A stretch of 64,000 nucleotides of DNA, from positions 1-64,000 of the forward strand of contig CAXHJY010000455.1 in assembly GCA_964016885.1 (NCBI GenBank), given 5' to 3'. The DNA comes from Eledone cirrhosa (lineage: Eukaryota). Position 1 is the stretch's first letter; the number at the start of each line of letters is the position of its first letter. A program made the position numbers and the translations under genes. Below the pieces are notes generated by a model. That model made no database searches, was not told where the DNA came from, and worked only from the letters and a program-made list of their open reading frames with translations. Positions 26,101 through 41,100 of this stretch are shown in pieces.

Positions 26101-27551
26101 AGGATAAAGCATTATTTTGTTTAAATAATTTATTATTCTTATCAGAAGCTAATCCAATATTTTGAGGACGTAGAAATACTAAAGTGTTCGTTGGGTGATA
26201 TAACAAGAGTACAAATATATATGGGCGACGTGGGCTCATTTATACCGGCACTAGCAACATTCGGGGTCATTATGTGTTGGAAAACCTACTTTATGTAAAT
26301 ACATTTTCTTAACGTTTTACTTAACAGTTTCAAAGTATATATATATCCTTATTTTTCCACAATGTGTTAAAAGGTTATCTTTGCCCAACGTCCTTGTCAT
26401 TCAATTTATTATATCTGACTGCGAGATCCACAAATTTTCTTTTGTAATATCCATTAATAATATCATGAGGCGGACAATTTAATTGCATCCATCATTATCA
26501 GCAGCATCAGCAACATATAGTGAGAATGGATTAGCGGAATGTGCAGTCCTGTATAGAATATTTATTCTGAGTTCAAATCACGTTCGGCTCACTTTCATAA
26601 TTTAGCTATCAAATAATTGGATCGATCTCATGGACTATACTCATCAACAAAACCGGTTGCCTTGTGAAAATGGTATAACATATTAGTATTTGCTTTCTCT
26701 AACGTAAGTTTTGATTTGCTACATCAATCTATTGCAGTTTATATTAAGAAACACGAGGAAAACTGTATAATATATATTTCCTACGCCTCTAGGAGGCAAA
26801 TTTGTTAATTGAGATTTGTTTCTGAAATCTTTTCTGGAAATCATTTTTAGCATCGTTGCGTTGGTGACGATGGCTGATAATTAAGAAAATGGTATCTCAG
26901 GATCCCCTGTAGAGGAAATGAATGTTGTTGATGATTGCTTATAATTGTCCAAATCGGAGTAATATTTCTACGTATAAGAGTAACGCCAGCAGCAAAAGTA
27001 AGGAACATTGATGAGAATATTAATAACATCATTAGTAAACAAAACTGCCATAACGTGTGCACTATTAGTAAGAGCAAGAATGCAATGATATAAAATATTA
27101 AAAATATATACCGAAAATATCATCAGTAATAGAGAGCTTTGTAGCAGAGAAAAATACGTTTGCTCATATATGCATTGATTCAGATCTCAGCATGTTAGAT
27201 AAAAGCTTGAAATGCACGCCTCAAAGATTAGATTGAATTAAAACTCTTAATACCAAAATAATTGCATGCTTATTAGTGAAGAATACAATTAAATCTACAT
27301 ACATTTCATCATAGCCAAGCTGAAGACCATTTCCAAGATAATACTAAATGAGATCACGTATATAAGGTATGAGGACATGATTCATTAGAAAACACCAGAT
27401 GCGATACTATTGAAACCTTCCACTTATTTTGGCAACATAATTGATTTCTTTCATAATTGGCTTGGGTATAAATTGAGATAAACACATATGAGGGATTTCT
27501 TTAAAAGCACCTTACATTTGCTGAGCCACACCACTGAGTCATATATATCAA

Positions 27552-27766
27552 ATAATGGTTTCTGATTCAGACACACGGCCAATAATTGCGGGTGAGGGGA
27601 AAATAGATTAAATCGACCCCAGTGCGTGACTGGTACTTTATTTTTTTGACCCCGCAAGGATGAAAGGCAAAGTTAACCTCAGCCGTATTTGAACTCAGAG
27701 CGTAAAGGGCTCTAAGTAACCTAGCATAGTTTGCTTAGAGTTACGATTGTGCCAAGTCTCCGCCCT
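27552..27766 (-). mobile_element. tRNA-derived Meta-like SINE
   Basis: Same family as 22967-23138. Confidence 0.8.
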
Positions 27767-27777
27767 CATATATAACA

Positions 27778-27958
27778 AATAATTGTTTCTACTTTAGGCA
27801 CGAGGCCAGCAATACCCCAGTGCATTACTGGTACTTTATTTTATCGACCCCATAAGGATGAAAGGCAAAGGTAACCTCGGCGGGATTTGAACTCAGATCG
27901 TAAAGGGACGTAACTATGCTGGAAAGCTTGGCGTCCGACCCTCTACCGATACTGCCAA
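27778..27958 (-). mobile_element. tRNA-derived Meta-like SINE, tandem to the previous copy
   Basis: Same family as 22967-23138. Confidence 0.82.
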
Positions 27959-30900
27959 TCCATACAATCATATATAACAAATAACGAAATATATTTTAGT
28001 AGGTCCCAACGAATTAAGATCATCCTCCCATTTTCCACTAGGTTGTTGCATTTAGATATTCTAGAAATTTTAATTTTGAGTAGTATAAAGTGCATAAAGT
28101 AGATACCATGTGCAATAACGGTCATTTCTAGACAAGAAAACACCAGTAAAATTAACACATAGTAGGGAAATAAATATAAGAAAATCCACATTGTTTTATA
28201 GGTTAGAATGCTTTAGATCATAGACTGGGGCTAAGCAAAAATCACAGCTATACATTATTTGCTGCATTTAGTTTTATCGCATATAATACATCAATCCAGC
28301 GGCCAGTTATCAGTATCTGATATCTGATTGAGATTATACACTGATGGAGATTATACACTGTTTGTGTTCATTCAATTAATCATCTTCCTCTTTGAAAAGG
28401 GGAAATTTAATAATTGAATTCATAGTTATATTATCTGCTGCTAACCCTACATTATTTTACTAATATATTTTATCCTGTGGCATGAAAAGGCAGATTTGTA
28501 TTCCGATGTCTTGTTTAAAGACGCAACGAATTCATATAGCAAATTGTCGAACCTAGTTTGTTTGGATTTATGTTGATGAGGCAGTTAGAAGAATAATAGA
28601 TACTCTACCCAATTATTCGTATATTATTCCGGATTGGTATAATCTAGTCACTTGATCCTTACGCTAAATTGAAATACATCAAATACGTCAGCAGAAAATT
28701 CAGAAGGATGTAGCTTAGTTTTGCAATAATGATTAAAGTGATCATCGTTGGATAAAAGGCGAAACGGTTGTGACAATGAAAGGCGAAATGTTTACGGTAG
28801 ATGTAGTGATATGTGACTTATGTGATATATGCACTTATGTGACACCCTCTTTGTAGAATAGAGTTTTAGTGGCATCGTTCTCACAAAGTCACTTCCATTT
28901 ATTATGAAAACTAATCCTGTCACATAACCCGCATATCTCTTATTATAATCGTTCCTTTTTGTCAAATGCGTTATCTTCCCATTTTATATATCTGATAAAC
29001 TCCAAAGTTATATCCTGATATAACCTTTTCGGTAGTGGTTATGTTACTTTATAGAATAAAATCAATACTAGAATATTATATAACTGCCTGTATTTAGCGG
29101 GCTAATACTATACACTCGTAACAAATTAGTGAACATGAAATCAGGAATTAGACAATGTTTTACATACATATGAAATTTTGGTAGTTTTTCTCTTCATACT
29201 AATTTGAATATTTGATTAAAAATTGAAACAGTGTAATGCGTTATAAGATATATAAATAGAGAACAACTTAATCTTAAATGATTCTTAACCAATCAATTCA
29301 ATCATTGAATATTCCATAATGCTCACATTGTACACTTGTCACATATCACAGTGGAATCATTAAACGAATACATTATGCCCTGCCTTACTAGTAAACAGAA
29401 ATCTTTGAAATGCGATAGATATTCCAACACATTAATGTTTTAATTTATATGAGATAAGCTAGATAAAGTATTATATATCTTCCATTGGCTTTCACACACA
29501 ACTGAATTTTCAACGAAATTAAATTACTCATTGACAAATTTATATTGTAACGTTCAAAATGCGGATAAGCATTCATATTATATAACAACTGCACATTATG
29601 CTAATTGTGAAGTGGGAGACATAACGAAGACATTTAACGACACAAAATTGAAAGAATGGCATGCAATATTCATTTGAAAATACATTAGAAGTCTATTTAT
29701 GTCCATATAGACCAATATTTCTAACCTGTAATTATTGGGTAAATCGAATGTCGTTCTGGCTATATTGTGTATACAGTCATATCTTTTCTGACCCACTAAA
29801 TTAAGTGGAATATCCATTGCCACAAGGAAATATGTCCTATTGATTCTATAACGTAATCACGTACACTAACCTGATTAGAGCTTGTAGATTTAACATTAGT
29901 TGTCGGTAGCTTTCGATAAATGTTTCATAAAGATAAAATCACTGAAATATTCCTTTAGGGCTCAAATATTGATTTTCACTATTATGTTTGTATATAATGA
30001 CATTCGCCTTCGCCATGTCTGTGTCACAATTATTTAAACTGACTTAATTATTACTATAAGAAATGTTGGCTGCAAAATATTTATCAATTTAGTTCTGTTT
30101 TAAAACTAACAATATATCAAAGTTTAATCAAATTAAGTGTTCAATGTCTGACATATCCACACACGTCACTCTGAATATAACTTGTTTTAGATTCTACTGC
30201 TGCAACATTTTGAAGTTCATACCTGCTATATAGACCTCTAATGTTTTATCATGTTAACGGTAGAATAAATTCGATATGTAGCACAGTCTGTGATATTTGC
30301 GTAATCTTTGTTTGACATTAATATCCCCAATATGCATGTGTCATTTCAAAACACTTTTACTATTGATTAAAAGTTTGATACTTTAGTCAGAATATTTGCA
30401 AATAATTTAATAATTTGGTTGACATTTCTTCTGAATTATCGTCTATGAAATCAAAGGTTACCATTAATAGATTTGAGTAAATATACAAACTATTCCACAA
30501 TGAAAGTTATAATACAATATTGAAAATATATGTATTTTCATTTTACATGTAAATATTTAAGATAAGACAATGATTGAGCTTATTTAAATTATGTATAGTG
30601 GTATATGTTTAATATTCAAATTTCCGAACTTACTGGGAAAAGTACTATTAATAATATTGAAGAATAACATATATGTATTAAAATACATTAAAAACCAGTC
30701 TTTGTTTATTTTACCTATAACTATTATAATTCCGTATTAAACTAGTCTGCCATCTGCGGTCATATCATAAATCCTCTCTCTTATACTCACTATGGAAACA
30801 TTTCTCTTAATACAAATATTTTCTTTACCTGCAATAGAAAGATCTCTACCATTTCTAAATGAAAAATATAAACGTTAAGTTTTATTTCTGGGATACAATG

Positions 30901-31154
30901 TCCATTGTGCAGTTTACCATAAATATTTCCTCATCACTGAAATTATGTATACTTTAATACATCTATTCGTGTCCGTCTTTTGACAGCAACATTGCTAGGT
31001 CACAGAATTCAGGTATGTTTAGTTAATCAAATTAAGCACAGAAGACGAGTTTGGCTCTCATTTTAATATATTCCGACAATAAGAAGAATTATGTTTATTT
31101 AAGTGTATTAAATGTCAATGATTTCTAACATCTATATATACATATATTCACTTA

Positions 31155-31440
31155 AAGATACCAGGGTCTACAGAGGAATTGATCATGGAAGTGATACTAC
31201 TGCTCTTGGTAAAACTAAATTTCAAGTTCGATAGGCTTACGAGGCCTGAGAGGCAAATTAAATTTGATCTTGCGAAGTTAAATGAAGATTCTGTTAGCGA
31301 GAAGTACTAGTTGTAGTTAAGAAATGAGTTTACAGAATTGGAAGCTACTAATGACATTCAAAAGCGATGGTATGCTATCAAAAATGCTCTACATGCTACT
31401 GTAGAGGAGGATGTCGGTCGTCGGAGAGGCACACACAAAG
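31155..31440 (+). pseudogene. RTE-like LINE fragment (end of endonuclease and linker)
   Basis: DHGSD..LLLVKLNFK...KFDLAKL...LRNEFTEL...RWYAIKNAL...VGRRR. Confidence 0.6.
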
Positions 31441-31626
31441 GGCCGCTGGCCCCTTTTAACAGGTGCATAATTTATTCTCTATTTCAATCAAGTATTCAGC
31501 ATTGTTTGATATGTTCGGGATTTACGTTAATTTCTAAACTTTTCAGCTACAGGCCAATGTTTATTTACTAATGTCGATATATGCCCACACACACATATCC
31601 ACCTGTACACACAAACACACACACAA

Positions 31627-33428
31627 AGTTTCCTGCATTCGGCGGTGGCCTGTATCGAGATAACGGGCTTCTCATACTCAAAGGTTACAACACCAGTAGT
31701 ATGGATCGTGTCCGTAATCACCTTACTAAATACTTCCCGAATTTGCGTTTCAAAATTACATTACAGATGTCCATTACCCGCGTCAATTTCCTGGATGTTA
31801 CTCTCAACCTCGAAAATAATTTACACTACCCATATAGGAAACCCAATGACAACCTACAATACATCAACCGCAGTTCTAACCATCCTAGGAACATCACCAA
31901 CAACTAATTTAAAGACATCTCCCTCCGCATATCTCACTTATCTGCAAACGAGCAGATCTTCAACGAATATGCGCCATATTACAACCAGGCCCTCAAGAGA
32001 AGCGACCTCCGGGAGGACATCTCATATTATCCAGGCCTTTTTCGCCGATCTAGCAAGAGTGGCCGCCGCTGACGCCGTGTAACGTGGTTTAACCTTCCCC
32101 ACAATGCCTAGGTTGCAACACTGATTGGTAAGGTGTTTTTCGGCTCCTCGACACACTTCCTACCACAACACCGCTACCACAATATCATCAACAGAAATAC
32201 TGTCAAACTCTCCTACAGCACTACACCCAAGCTTGAACAAAACACGGCTTCTTGAAACAACAAAAAACTCCTCTATAACAGGAGACAACAACGATATCAG
32301 TGGAGAGCAAACTAGGAGGTGTAACTGTCCGGATAGATAATCGTTCCCCCTCAACAACAGATCCCGAGAACGTAACGTGGTCAACCAGTGCAATGTGCGG
32401 ACAGAAAACTCTAACAAGGCCACATCGGATTAACCGTCAGCGATTTTAAGTCCCGGTATTACGAACACCTACATACATTTAGAAACCGGCCCGGCGACAC
32501 GCAACAGCCCTTTCTGGCCATATTTGGAACCTCCAAGACAATAATATCACCTATCATCTAAGTTGGAGCATACTTTCCAAGGTAAACTCTTACTCGGGAG
32601 GACGCCGTCCTTGCAATTTATGCTCGGAGGAAACGATCCAAATGCTGTTTACTAAGGACCAACTCTTAAACTAAAAAGATGAACTTGTTACTTCATGCAA
32701 ACAAAGAATGCGTAGGACAGACCTTACCTTTAGACCCCCTTACGACCTGGGTGGGTAAACCTCGGCCGTAACTTTGTTTCCTATATGCAGACTAAGATAG
32801 AGGAATCCCCAAGCATAGTTAGGTAGAAGTAGACATTCTCTTTTTTTCTTATTTCTTCATATTTTTCTTCTCTTAACTTTCTTCATTAGTTACACACTCT
32901 AATTACACTTAGGCGGCTCATCGCTGATTTACACTATTATATTCAGCTTCTTCTTCCTTAAATTAAACCCAGTATTTCCACTCATGTTAAAAATATATAT
33001 AGAACCTGCCGAACTTAAAGCCATGGTTTTTTTTCTTTTTGGACGGGAGAGGGTGCATCTCTACAGAAGATAATTTTGATAAATTATTATCTTGAGGCGG
33101 TGTTTTAGTGTATTGGACGAACAAATAGCTAAAATCTTATTAATTTAGAATTTTGTATTCAATTATATTTGCTTAGTTTTCTAGCTAACGCTTGACCTAT
33201 TAATATTCCTTGTTTATCATAATTTCTTCACCCCTTTAGAGATAGCTGTATATAATTCTCTCTTAACGCATGACTGGCCTGCATCCACAGGCCAGATTGT
33301 CATCTTACTCCCTCCCCTTGTTGTACAGACAAGTTCAGCAAGACTACTACCGTCCTGATACTACTGCGTTAATTTAGACCTAGCTATAGAAACGGCCGGA
33401 GATCAGCCGTCTGGGTCCATATCCTTTT

Positions 33429-33430
<2 letters not shown>
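31627..33430 (+). mobile_element. decayed 5'-truncated PLE (family B-like)
   Basis: GLYRDNGL, VNFLDVTLNL, PYRKPN..YIN..SNHP, WFNLP, CNCP, CNLCSEE; decayed HHR near 33350-33405; ends at TA. Confidence 0.85.
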
Positions 33431-33495
<65 letters not shown>

Positions 33496-34215
33496 GTACA
33501 TACATTCATATTTTTTAGTTCATGCGTGTATGGGTATGTCAATGTTAGCGTATGATTATACTAATATATAGTTCTCTCTCCATATCCTTAGATGGTGCGT
33601 AAATAAAGCTGCTAGGAGCGTATTCCTGATTCGTCAGTCATTACAATATATATGTTTAATATATCATGGAATAAAAAGGTTCTATTTGATCTTTGATGCA
33701 ATGCTTAATTTCGTAAAATTGTCCTCCATTACATACGTTATAAATCTTGGCTATAAATTATATATTGGCCTGACATAAAATCTATATATACTGTACAAAA
33801 ACACAAAAATAACATAAACATACGCTCTCAGAAAGTTTTGCACAGACTACATATACACAAACACACACACACATGCACGCCAATATGCACACAATCACAC
33901 ACACATATGCACATACCTACACACACCTGCACACGCATACACATATATGGATGTTGGAATTATTTTCAATTTACACTGTTGTTATTAAAACACAATTCAT
34001 ATTATCTATAGATTTGTATGTGATTTCATACCCAAGCTTTGTACATGGAACATTAACTCGGATGAAGTAGAAAGAAACTGAACTTGTGACCACAAAATCA
34101 TTAGTATCGCTTCAAAACATTTCACACAGGAACATATTAACCAGAATTACTTTTAAACACAAAATAACCCCATGTCAAAGGTTTGGAATGGCAAATGGAA
34201 TCACAAGTATTATTA

Positions 34216-34246
<31 letters not shown>

Positions 34247-34255
34247 CATACGAGC

Positions 34256-34304
<49 letters not shown>

Positions 34305-36628
34305 CGGGCAAATATATATATATATATATACGTGCGTGTGTAGATATGCGTTGTTTACAAACACTGACATATCATAGTCACGTAACGAATAAATCAGTGA
34401 AAGATTGTAGATATATGTGGGAAGAGACACACACATACACACACATACACACACACACACACACACACATACTTACACACAGATACATACACACACACAC
34501 ACACACGCGCATATATATATATGTGTGTGTGTGTGTATGTATGTATGAGTGTATAACATACATGTGTGTGTTTGGATTCTATATATGTGAATAAACGCGA
34601 CCGAGCGATTATAAATATTTGTAATCAAGATTTGGACACGATGAAATATGAGTGTCTGCCAAAACCTAGCTGTATCAATATTTATTTCAGAATTCAGCAC
34701 CTCTCTAAATTTTATCGGACTTCAGTTTTCATTAATATAAAAATATTCACAATATATAATATCCATCTGCAATATCGGAATTATTGATATGTATACAATA
34801 TTGATATGTATATAATCAATTTTTCGATTTGTTTAGTTGTAAGGAAAGCTTTTTTTTTCCCCCAATCGTTAACTGTTTATTATTTACTGAATAGTTCTAC
34901 TATTGGTAATGGTATCGATATGGGCCTGAACTCCCGAAGACTCGTCTCCTGAAGCGTCATAGGAGCGCCATATTGACATACTGCGTTTCTAGAGCATGTT
35001 TTGAACTTGGTGGAGCCAATCTCCTCTCCTGGTTTCTCTTCTCCAGAGAAGGATAGATATATTGAGAGAAAGGTAGTGAGAAAGAGTTAGAGAGGAAGAA
35101 TCAGCTCTAGGAATAAACTTGTATATTTTTTTTATTGACCATGCATGGATGAAAGGCAAAGTTTACCTCGGCTGGATTTGTATTCATTCTATCTGACATT
35201 TTAACAAATCTGCCAATTCGTGGACTGGTTGTACAATGTTATATGCTTAATATAAACTATTCCGCAACAGGTAATTTGTCTTTGTCCAACACGCTTCACA
35301 AAGCCGATGTCATAACGTGGATCAAGGACAGTTAGACCATCCGTGCGATAAATGAAGAATCGATAAATATCACGAAACAAAATAAATTTTGGCAGCTACT
35401 GTTCTGAAAATCGTTAAGTCAAATTAAACACGATATTGTAAATTAAATAGTCGTTTGAATTTTTTTAGTACGTTATTCTTTTATTTATTTTAAACTAAGT
35501 TGGTGTCTACAGATTTTTGTTGGAAAACGTATAATATCAAGTACTTAGTTATAAGCAGAACAACCGGAACAGTTCAAATAATGTGTATACTTTTTTTCAC
35601 AACATAATCAAAGGACATTTGTCATAACTAACATTAATATAAAAAAAATGTCTACTCTAAATCCTGCTAGCGGTGAGTTTCACAAAACCACATGATAATT
35701 AAACGGATGAACTTGTTCTGACGCCTATTTCTTGATGGCTGTAACTCTTTTGCTTAATAAATATAGTTTAAGGAAGTATTATGAATAATATGTTAGCAAA
35801 TATTAAACGGAAACAACAAACGTTACAACGTTGTATAATGATAACCTATATTAGTTTATAGCTTTTATTTGCTCCGCGAAGGTTAAATATTCTTTTTAGA
35901 TTAATAGTCGAAGCACAATGGAGCGTAATACATGTCAAATATATACTATGGCACATTTATCTTCGAAATGAGTAGAAACGACGTAGGATAATTTTGAAAC
36001 GGAGATAGAAAAATCAAGAAAGAATTTATAAGCAAAAAACAACAACCTTCAGCAAAATATATTACACGTCTAGTATAATAAATATATTTAGAGCTGTAAT
36101 ATAAAATTGAGACGTTGTGTTTTATATGAAATTAGTTATAGCACATATATATTTAGGAAAAGTAACTTGACAGAGAAAAGCGATTGTCATAAAAATATAC
36201 AATCACTGTTAAATTTACACATTACTCGGCTTACACACACAGAGGACACACAAACAGCACATACACACACATATACGCATAGGTATATATTTTTGTTTGC
36301 AGTTACGCATGCACTCATGAACAAAATGAGAAGCACACTTCTCGTCTGAGTCACCGGCATTCATACGATTAATAGTGAAAAGTATTATACATATATGATG
36401 TTTACGTCCACCTTTAACTTGTCTTAATGCAAAATTACGATTAAGAAATTTATATGGAAGTGATCTATTCATTTCTATGGGCATTCTATCCATCACTCTC
36501 TGCCAGCATGTTCGTCACTCTCTGTCTACATTTATATCTAGCCATTTATTTCTATTTGTCTGACTTTAATATTTTTCTGTGCATCTGCTCTACGTATAGG
36601 TTAATCTGCTTTGTTTTGTTCTTTTGTT

Positions 36629-36829
36629 ACAGACCTGCCAACGTCTAAAAACCCAAACGGGAAGAACCACGAAACATTGGAGAAATGAGGCAAACGGGGA
36701 GAAATGAGGCAAAATGGGGATATTTTACATAATTACATTTATACCCATTTTTACAAAAGAAGAGATTTCTCACCCATCCCAAAGTGAGTGGGAGATCACC
36801 CAATCGGACGGAGAGATTTGAAATGTTTG
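36629..36829. mobile_element. possible short TIR element (MITE)
   Basis: Starts CAGACCTGCCAAC and ends with a degenerate complement; internal GGGAGA motifs. Confidence 0.3.
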
Positions 36830-38069
36830 TTGTTGGTATAAAGATTGGAGGGAACTCCACTAATTTGATAATCTCAAAATAGACAATTTACTGTACAGAA
36901 ATTGTGGAAGAAAAGGGAGAAAATATGAATAAACAGAGAACAACAAAGTAACGAGAAAGAACGAATGTGACGTTGTTATACACCTGAAGGTACATCACGA
37001 ACTGTACCCACTAAACACATAGAAAATATAATTGAAATAAATCAATAATGAAATTGCTGAATAGCTGAGAGTACATTATGGACAGTCAAACAAAAGTATG
37101 CTTTAAAAATACGATTAATAATAACTAAAACCAGTTTGCACTCTTCCATTACACAGTTTGTATGTATTTGTTGGAGGTGCGTTGTTAATATACTGATGAG
37201 GCTAAGCTTTAAAATTTAATTTCCCTGTTTTGTTCGATGGTCTCTCGATACAATTTTAAATCTTGGATTTGACACTATATATATATACATATATAGTGTC
37301 ACTCTGTACATATACTGTTACTCTGCTCGCATGTGCGTTTGTGTAAGTGTACGTGAGCTTGTGCGCGTACGTCTGTGCCAGTACATCAACTTTATATTGA
37401 TTGAATTAAAATATGCCATAAACCGTTTTGTCAGATTCTCGAGAATAATTATCCAATTGTTTAAGACGTGACGCAATTTTGAAATTTCTTAATTATCTAA
37501 TTATGTTCAATTATAAATTTCGTCTCTGAACAGGAAATGAATTTTCAAAACTACAAAACAACCAAATTCTTGAAGGAATAAGGGTAAAGACAATCGAATA
37601 TGTTACTGGTAACTTCATTACGGAAATGAATATTAAACCCATTCAGTTTTATTATTGAAAGATGAATAATAGCTTCAGTCAAATTCTTTAAATGTGTGTC
37701 TACTCTGGTAATAGATGATATTTTATATCTTTCACACAATAACACATTGATTTGCAAAATAAAACAGATTAGCAGTGGTAGTTAATTAGCCTCCACGATG
37801 TTCTAATGCTGATGTACAGTGCTAGCCTTCTTGAAACACAACTGAATGCCTATACAGTTATTCAGCTCAGCACATCTTAAAATAACATGTGTAAGGTCAG
37901 CACATCATAAAATAATGTGACAGGTTGACTGGAGATATCTTTACACCTGTTACTCTTTCGGAGAAATACATTTCTAATGTTATATATTTTAGGAAATAAT
38001 AATGAAAATATGCACCTAAATATTGTTTCTGACATAGGCACAAGATGAAAAATTTCAGGAAGGGAAAGT

Positions 38070-38200
38070 CGATTAAATTGACTCCAGTACATTACTAGTA
38101 CTTTATTTTATCGAGCCTGTAAGGATGAAAGGCAAAGCTAACCACGGCGGGATTTGAACTCAGAAAATAAAGAGCCGTAAATCTATGCCGTGAAGCCCTT
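38070..38200 (-). mobile_element. Meta-like SINE fragment
   Basis: GGATGAAAGGCAAAG...GGCGGGATTTGAACTCAG. Confidence 0.75.
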
Positions 38201-38204
38201 CATA

Positions 38205-41100
38205 AAAGAGGAAGTGACGAGACCCAGCCAAGTAGATATTAACAAAATATCACCATGACATATCATAAACAACATACCTGGAAGTAAGTCATGGAGTATG
38301 AAAGCAATCTTTGGACGTTGGGAAGGAAAATGCTATGTCGTCTGTGTCAAAAATTAAAACGATGAAGTTAGTAAGGATGATGGGCAGGAAGGGATGAGTA
38401 ACTGAAATAGAAATATCTTGGATAATTGAACGCTTAAGCGAACCTCTAAAAAAGAGAGGTAGAAGCTGAGGTCGATTCTACGGTGGAATGCCAAGTCATC
38501 AATAGGCAACATTAACAGAAATGATGATGGGTATGTTACTACTGTTCAGCTGGGTGGCTTAAGTTTGAACCCTGGTATTATTACGATTGATGATACAAAT
38601 GGGGGGAGTCAATTAGATGATCGATTTGCTTGAATAACGGAAACGGCTTTTGAAGTTGATGAATGCTCAAGAAAAAATATCAATTAATATGAGAAACGTA
38701 GATAGGGAAATGATATATGCATTTTAGGAAGAGATAAATGGTGTCTTACAATATGCCATGATAGAAGACATAGCACGAATAGTGAATCGTATCTGTGTGG
38801 TTGCTCTAATTGTCAAGAGGAAATTGCAAGTAAGGACAGACCAAGCGGACGAATGCAAAAGAATCATGGTAGAAATTTTAAGGCTGATCAGGCCAAGGAG
38901 TTCGTGAATGGGATATGGGGATTCAGTGTGACTCATAGAAAAGACGCTAAGTGCATAGAAATCATTGAGGCGGAATGGTGAAAATGAAATAGAAAAAAAA
39001 TACCATAATCATTGATGATCAAGAGAATCAAATAACTAAGATGCCTAACAGGAAGCCTCCTCATGAATTAAATGTGGTGAATGGCATTTGGTTATAGAGG
39101 TGTGATGCAATTCTTGAGATGTTTTTGTTTCAATTGAATGATTTGAGTTGGTGCAGTCAGGTGCAGTTCCATTTTGATAGAAGTAAGGGCAATGCCCTAG
39201 TAAAATAACGCAGTGTCTCCACTGTCAATGTGGATGGAACTTACGGGGTTGTGTGCAGGAAAATCATCATTCATTTCCAGAAAGTTATGTTGGCAATGAA
39301 ACAAAATGGCAGTAGGAAGAAGTCCAACGATACCAAAAAAAATCACCTGGTTAAATATATGAGAGTTTGGAGATATGGGAAGAGAACATAATAACAAGAC
39401 ATGTCTATTGCCTGAATTGACTTCAAGATCGCATGTGATATGGTACCTGCTTCGATCGTTGAATGCCTTCAAATATTTGATATTGCTGAGAGTTATTTTC
39501 TTTTGGATAGTAATGCGGAGTGTAAAACAAATTTATACCAAAACAATGTCTTTTTTGGAGATGTAGATATTAAAAGCGATTACTTCCAAAGTGAATCATT
39601 CTTACAGCGATTATTCGTTATCACAATTATACCTATAATACTGTCACTTAGGAAAGTTAAAGTAGGTTAATATTTTGGAAAGCAATGGAGATTCATGAAG
39701 TATCTTCTGTTTATGGATGACGTGAAACTGTTTAGGAAGTATTTAAAACAGTTATAGTAATTGGTTGAAACAGTGCAGATAGTTACATCGGCATTGAATT
39801 TTGGATTTCCACATTGTCTGTGCTCCATATGAAAAGAGTGAACAAATCATCCCTTGTTGGAATACGACCGCCATTGTAGGAAATTATGCGGGACTAGACA
39901 ATAGTGGATGTGGAGAATGCAGAACTGGATGATGTATTACAAGCAGAAATCAACGAAAAGTTTAGTGATACATATTTAGTGAGAGAGAGAATATGTTTTC
40001 GAAGTCCAACCTGAATGCGAGGAATCTATTCACCAGAATGACTATTTGGGATGTTTCGAGGTAGTATTAGATAGAGTTCCGTGTCAGACAGAAAGTAGAA
40101 AAACACGTTTGAGACATCTAATGGAATTTCACAGACTTTCTAATTAAGGCAAATATAAATAGATTATACATGAAGAGGCTTAATGTTGCTAGAGATCTCA
40201 CCATTGTGTATTATTGTATAAGGAATGGAAGATTGATAGCAGAATATTTGATAATTAATGGCGGAAATGTGTTGCAATATGCTGCAGAAGATATGGAGAT
40301 AAATGCAGATGAAATACTAGGAAACGAATATTTTAATCAATACTTTGATGAGAGGAGAAAAGAAGATCTATGAATGAGATTTGATGGTCAATTTGATTGA
40401 GACACATAGGTTATGACAGGTTATGATTGATTAAACAACATCATGAACGTGGCTTCACCAAGGTGATGTGGAGAGTGTCACTGAACACATTATATCTGAA
40501 GCGCGAGACCTAGGTCATGTTAAGTATGGCTTCTGCATATATTTTGACACCCAGAAAGACACTATGGAAAGACAGTAGATGACGTAATGCATTCGGTAAG
40601 AGGATATAAGGATGCTGCACTCATAGAATACAAGTGTCTTCAACGTGTCAATATTGGATGGTGTGCCGTGAATACGAATGTGGCGTAATAGAATATTATT
40701 ATGGACGTGTGCATTGTAAAGTAATGCTCGTGGATGTGAAAGCAACGGTTAATGTGATTGTGGTTTACAAACCGAAACAGTAATTGACCTGCATGGATCA
40801 AATATTGTCGAATTGAAAAGGGATTCAAATAGGTTCAGATCATTGATGTAGATATACGAAATGACACGAATATTGCGAATAAAGAGTTGAGAATGACAGG
40901 TGGTATTGGCAAGATGGTTTAGAAAGAAAGCGAGTAATGCAAAAATGAAAAATCGTCATTATGAAATTTCATGATTGAAAGTGGTTGAAAATACCACGCA
41001 AAATTAAAGTCATATGAAACAGCCTTGCCAAATGCTGCATATTTTTCCTGAAGGTGTTACCTGTCTTAGTTACTTGTTGTTAATTTACAGATGACTGATG
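38205..41100 (+). pseudogene. highly decayed R4/Dong-type non-LTR retrotransposon (RT plus RLE)
   Basis: DFKIACDMVP..IVECL, DYFQSESF..LFVI..IP, LLFMDDVKLF, RLYMKR, TEHIIS, IIDV; many stops. Confidence 0.65.
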
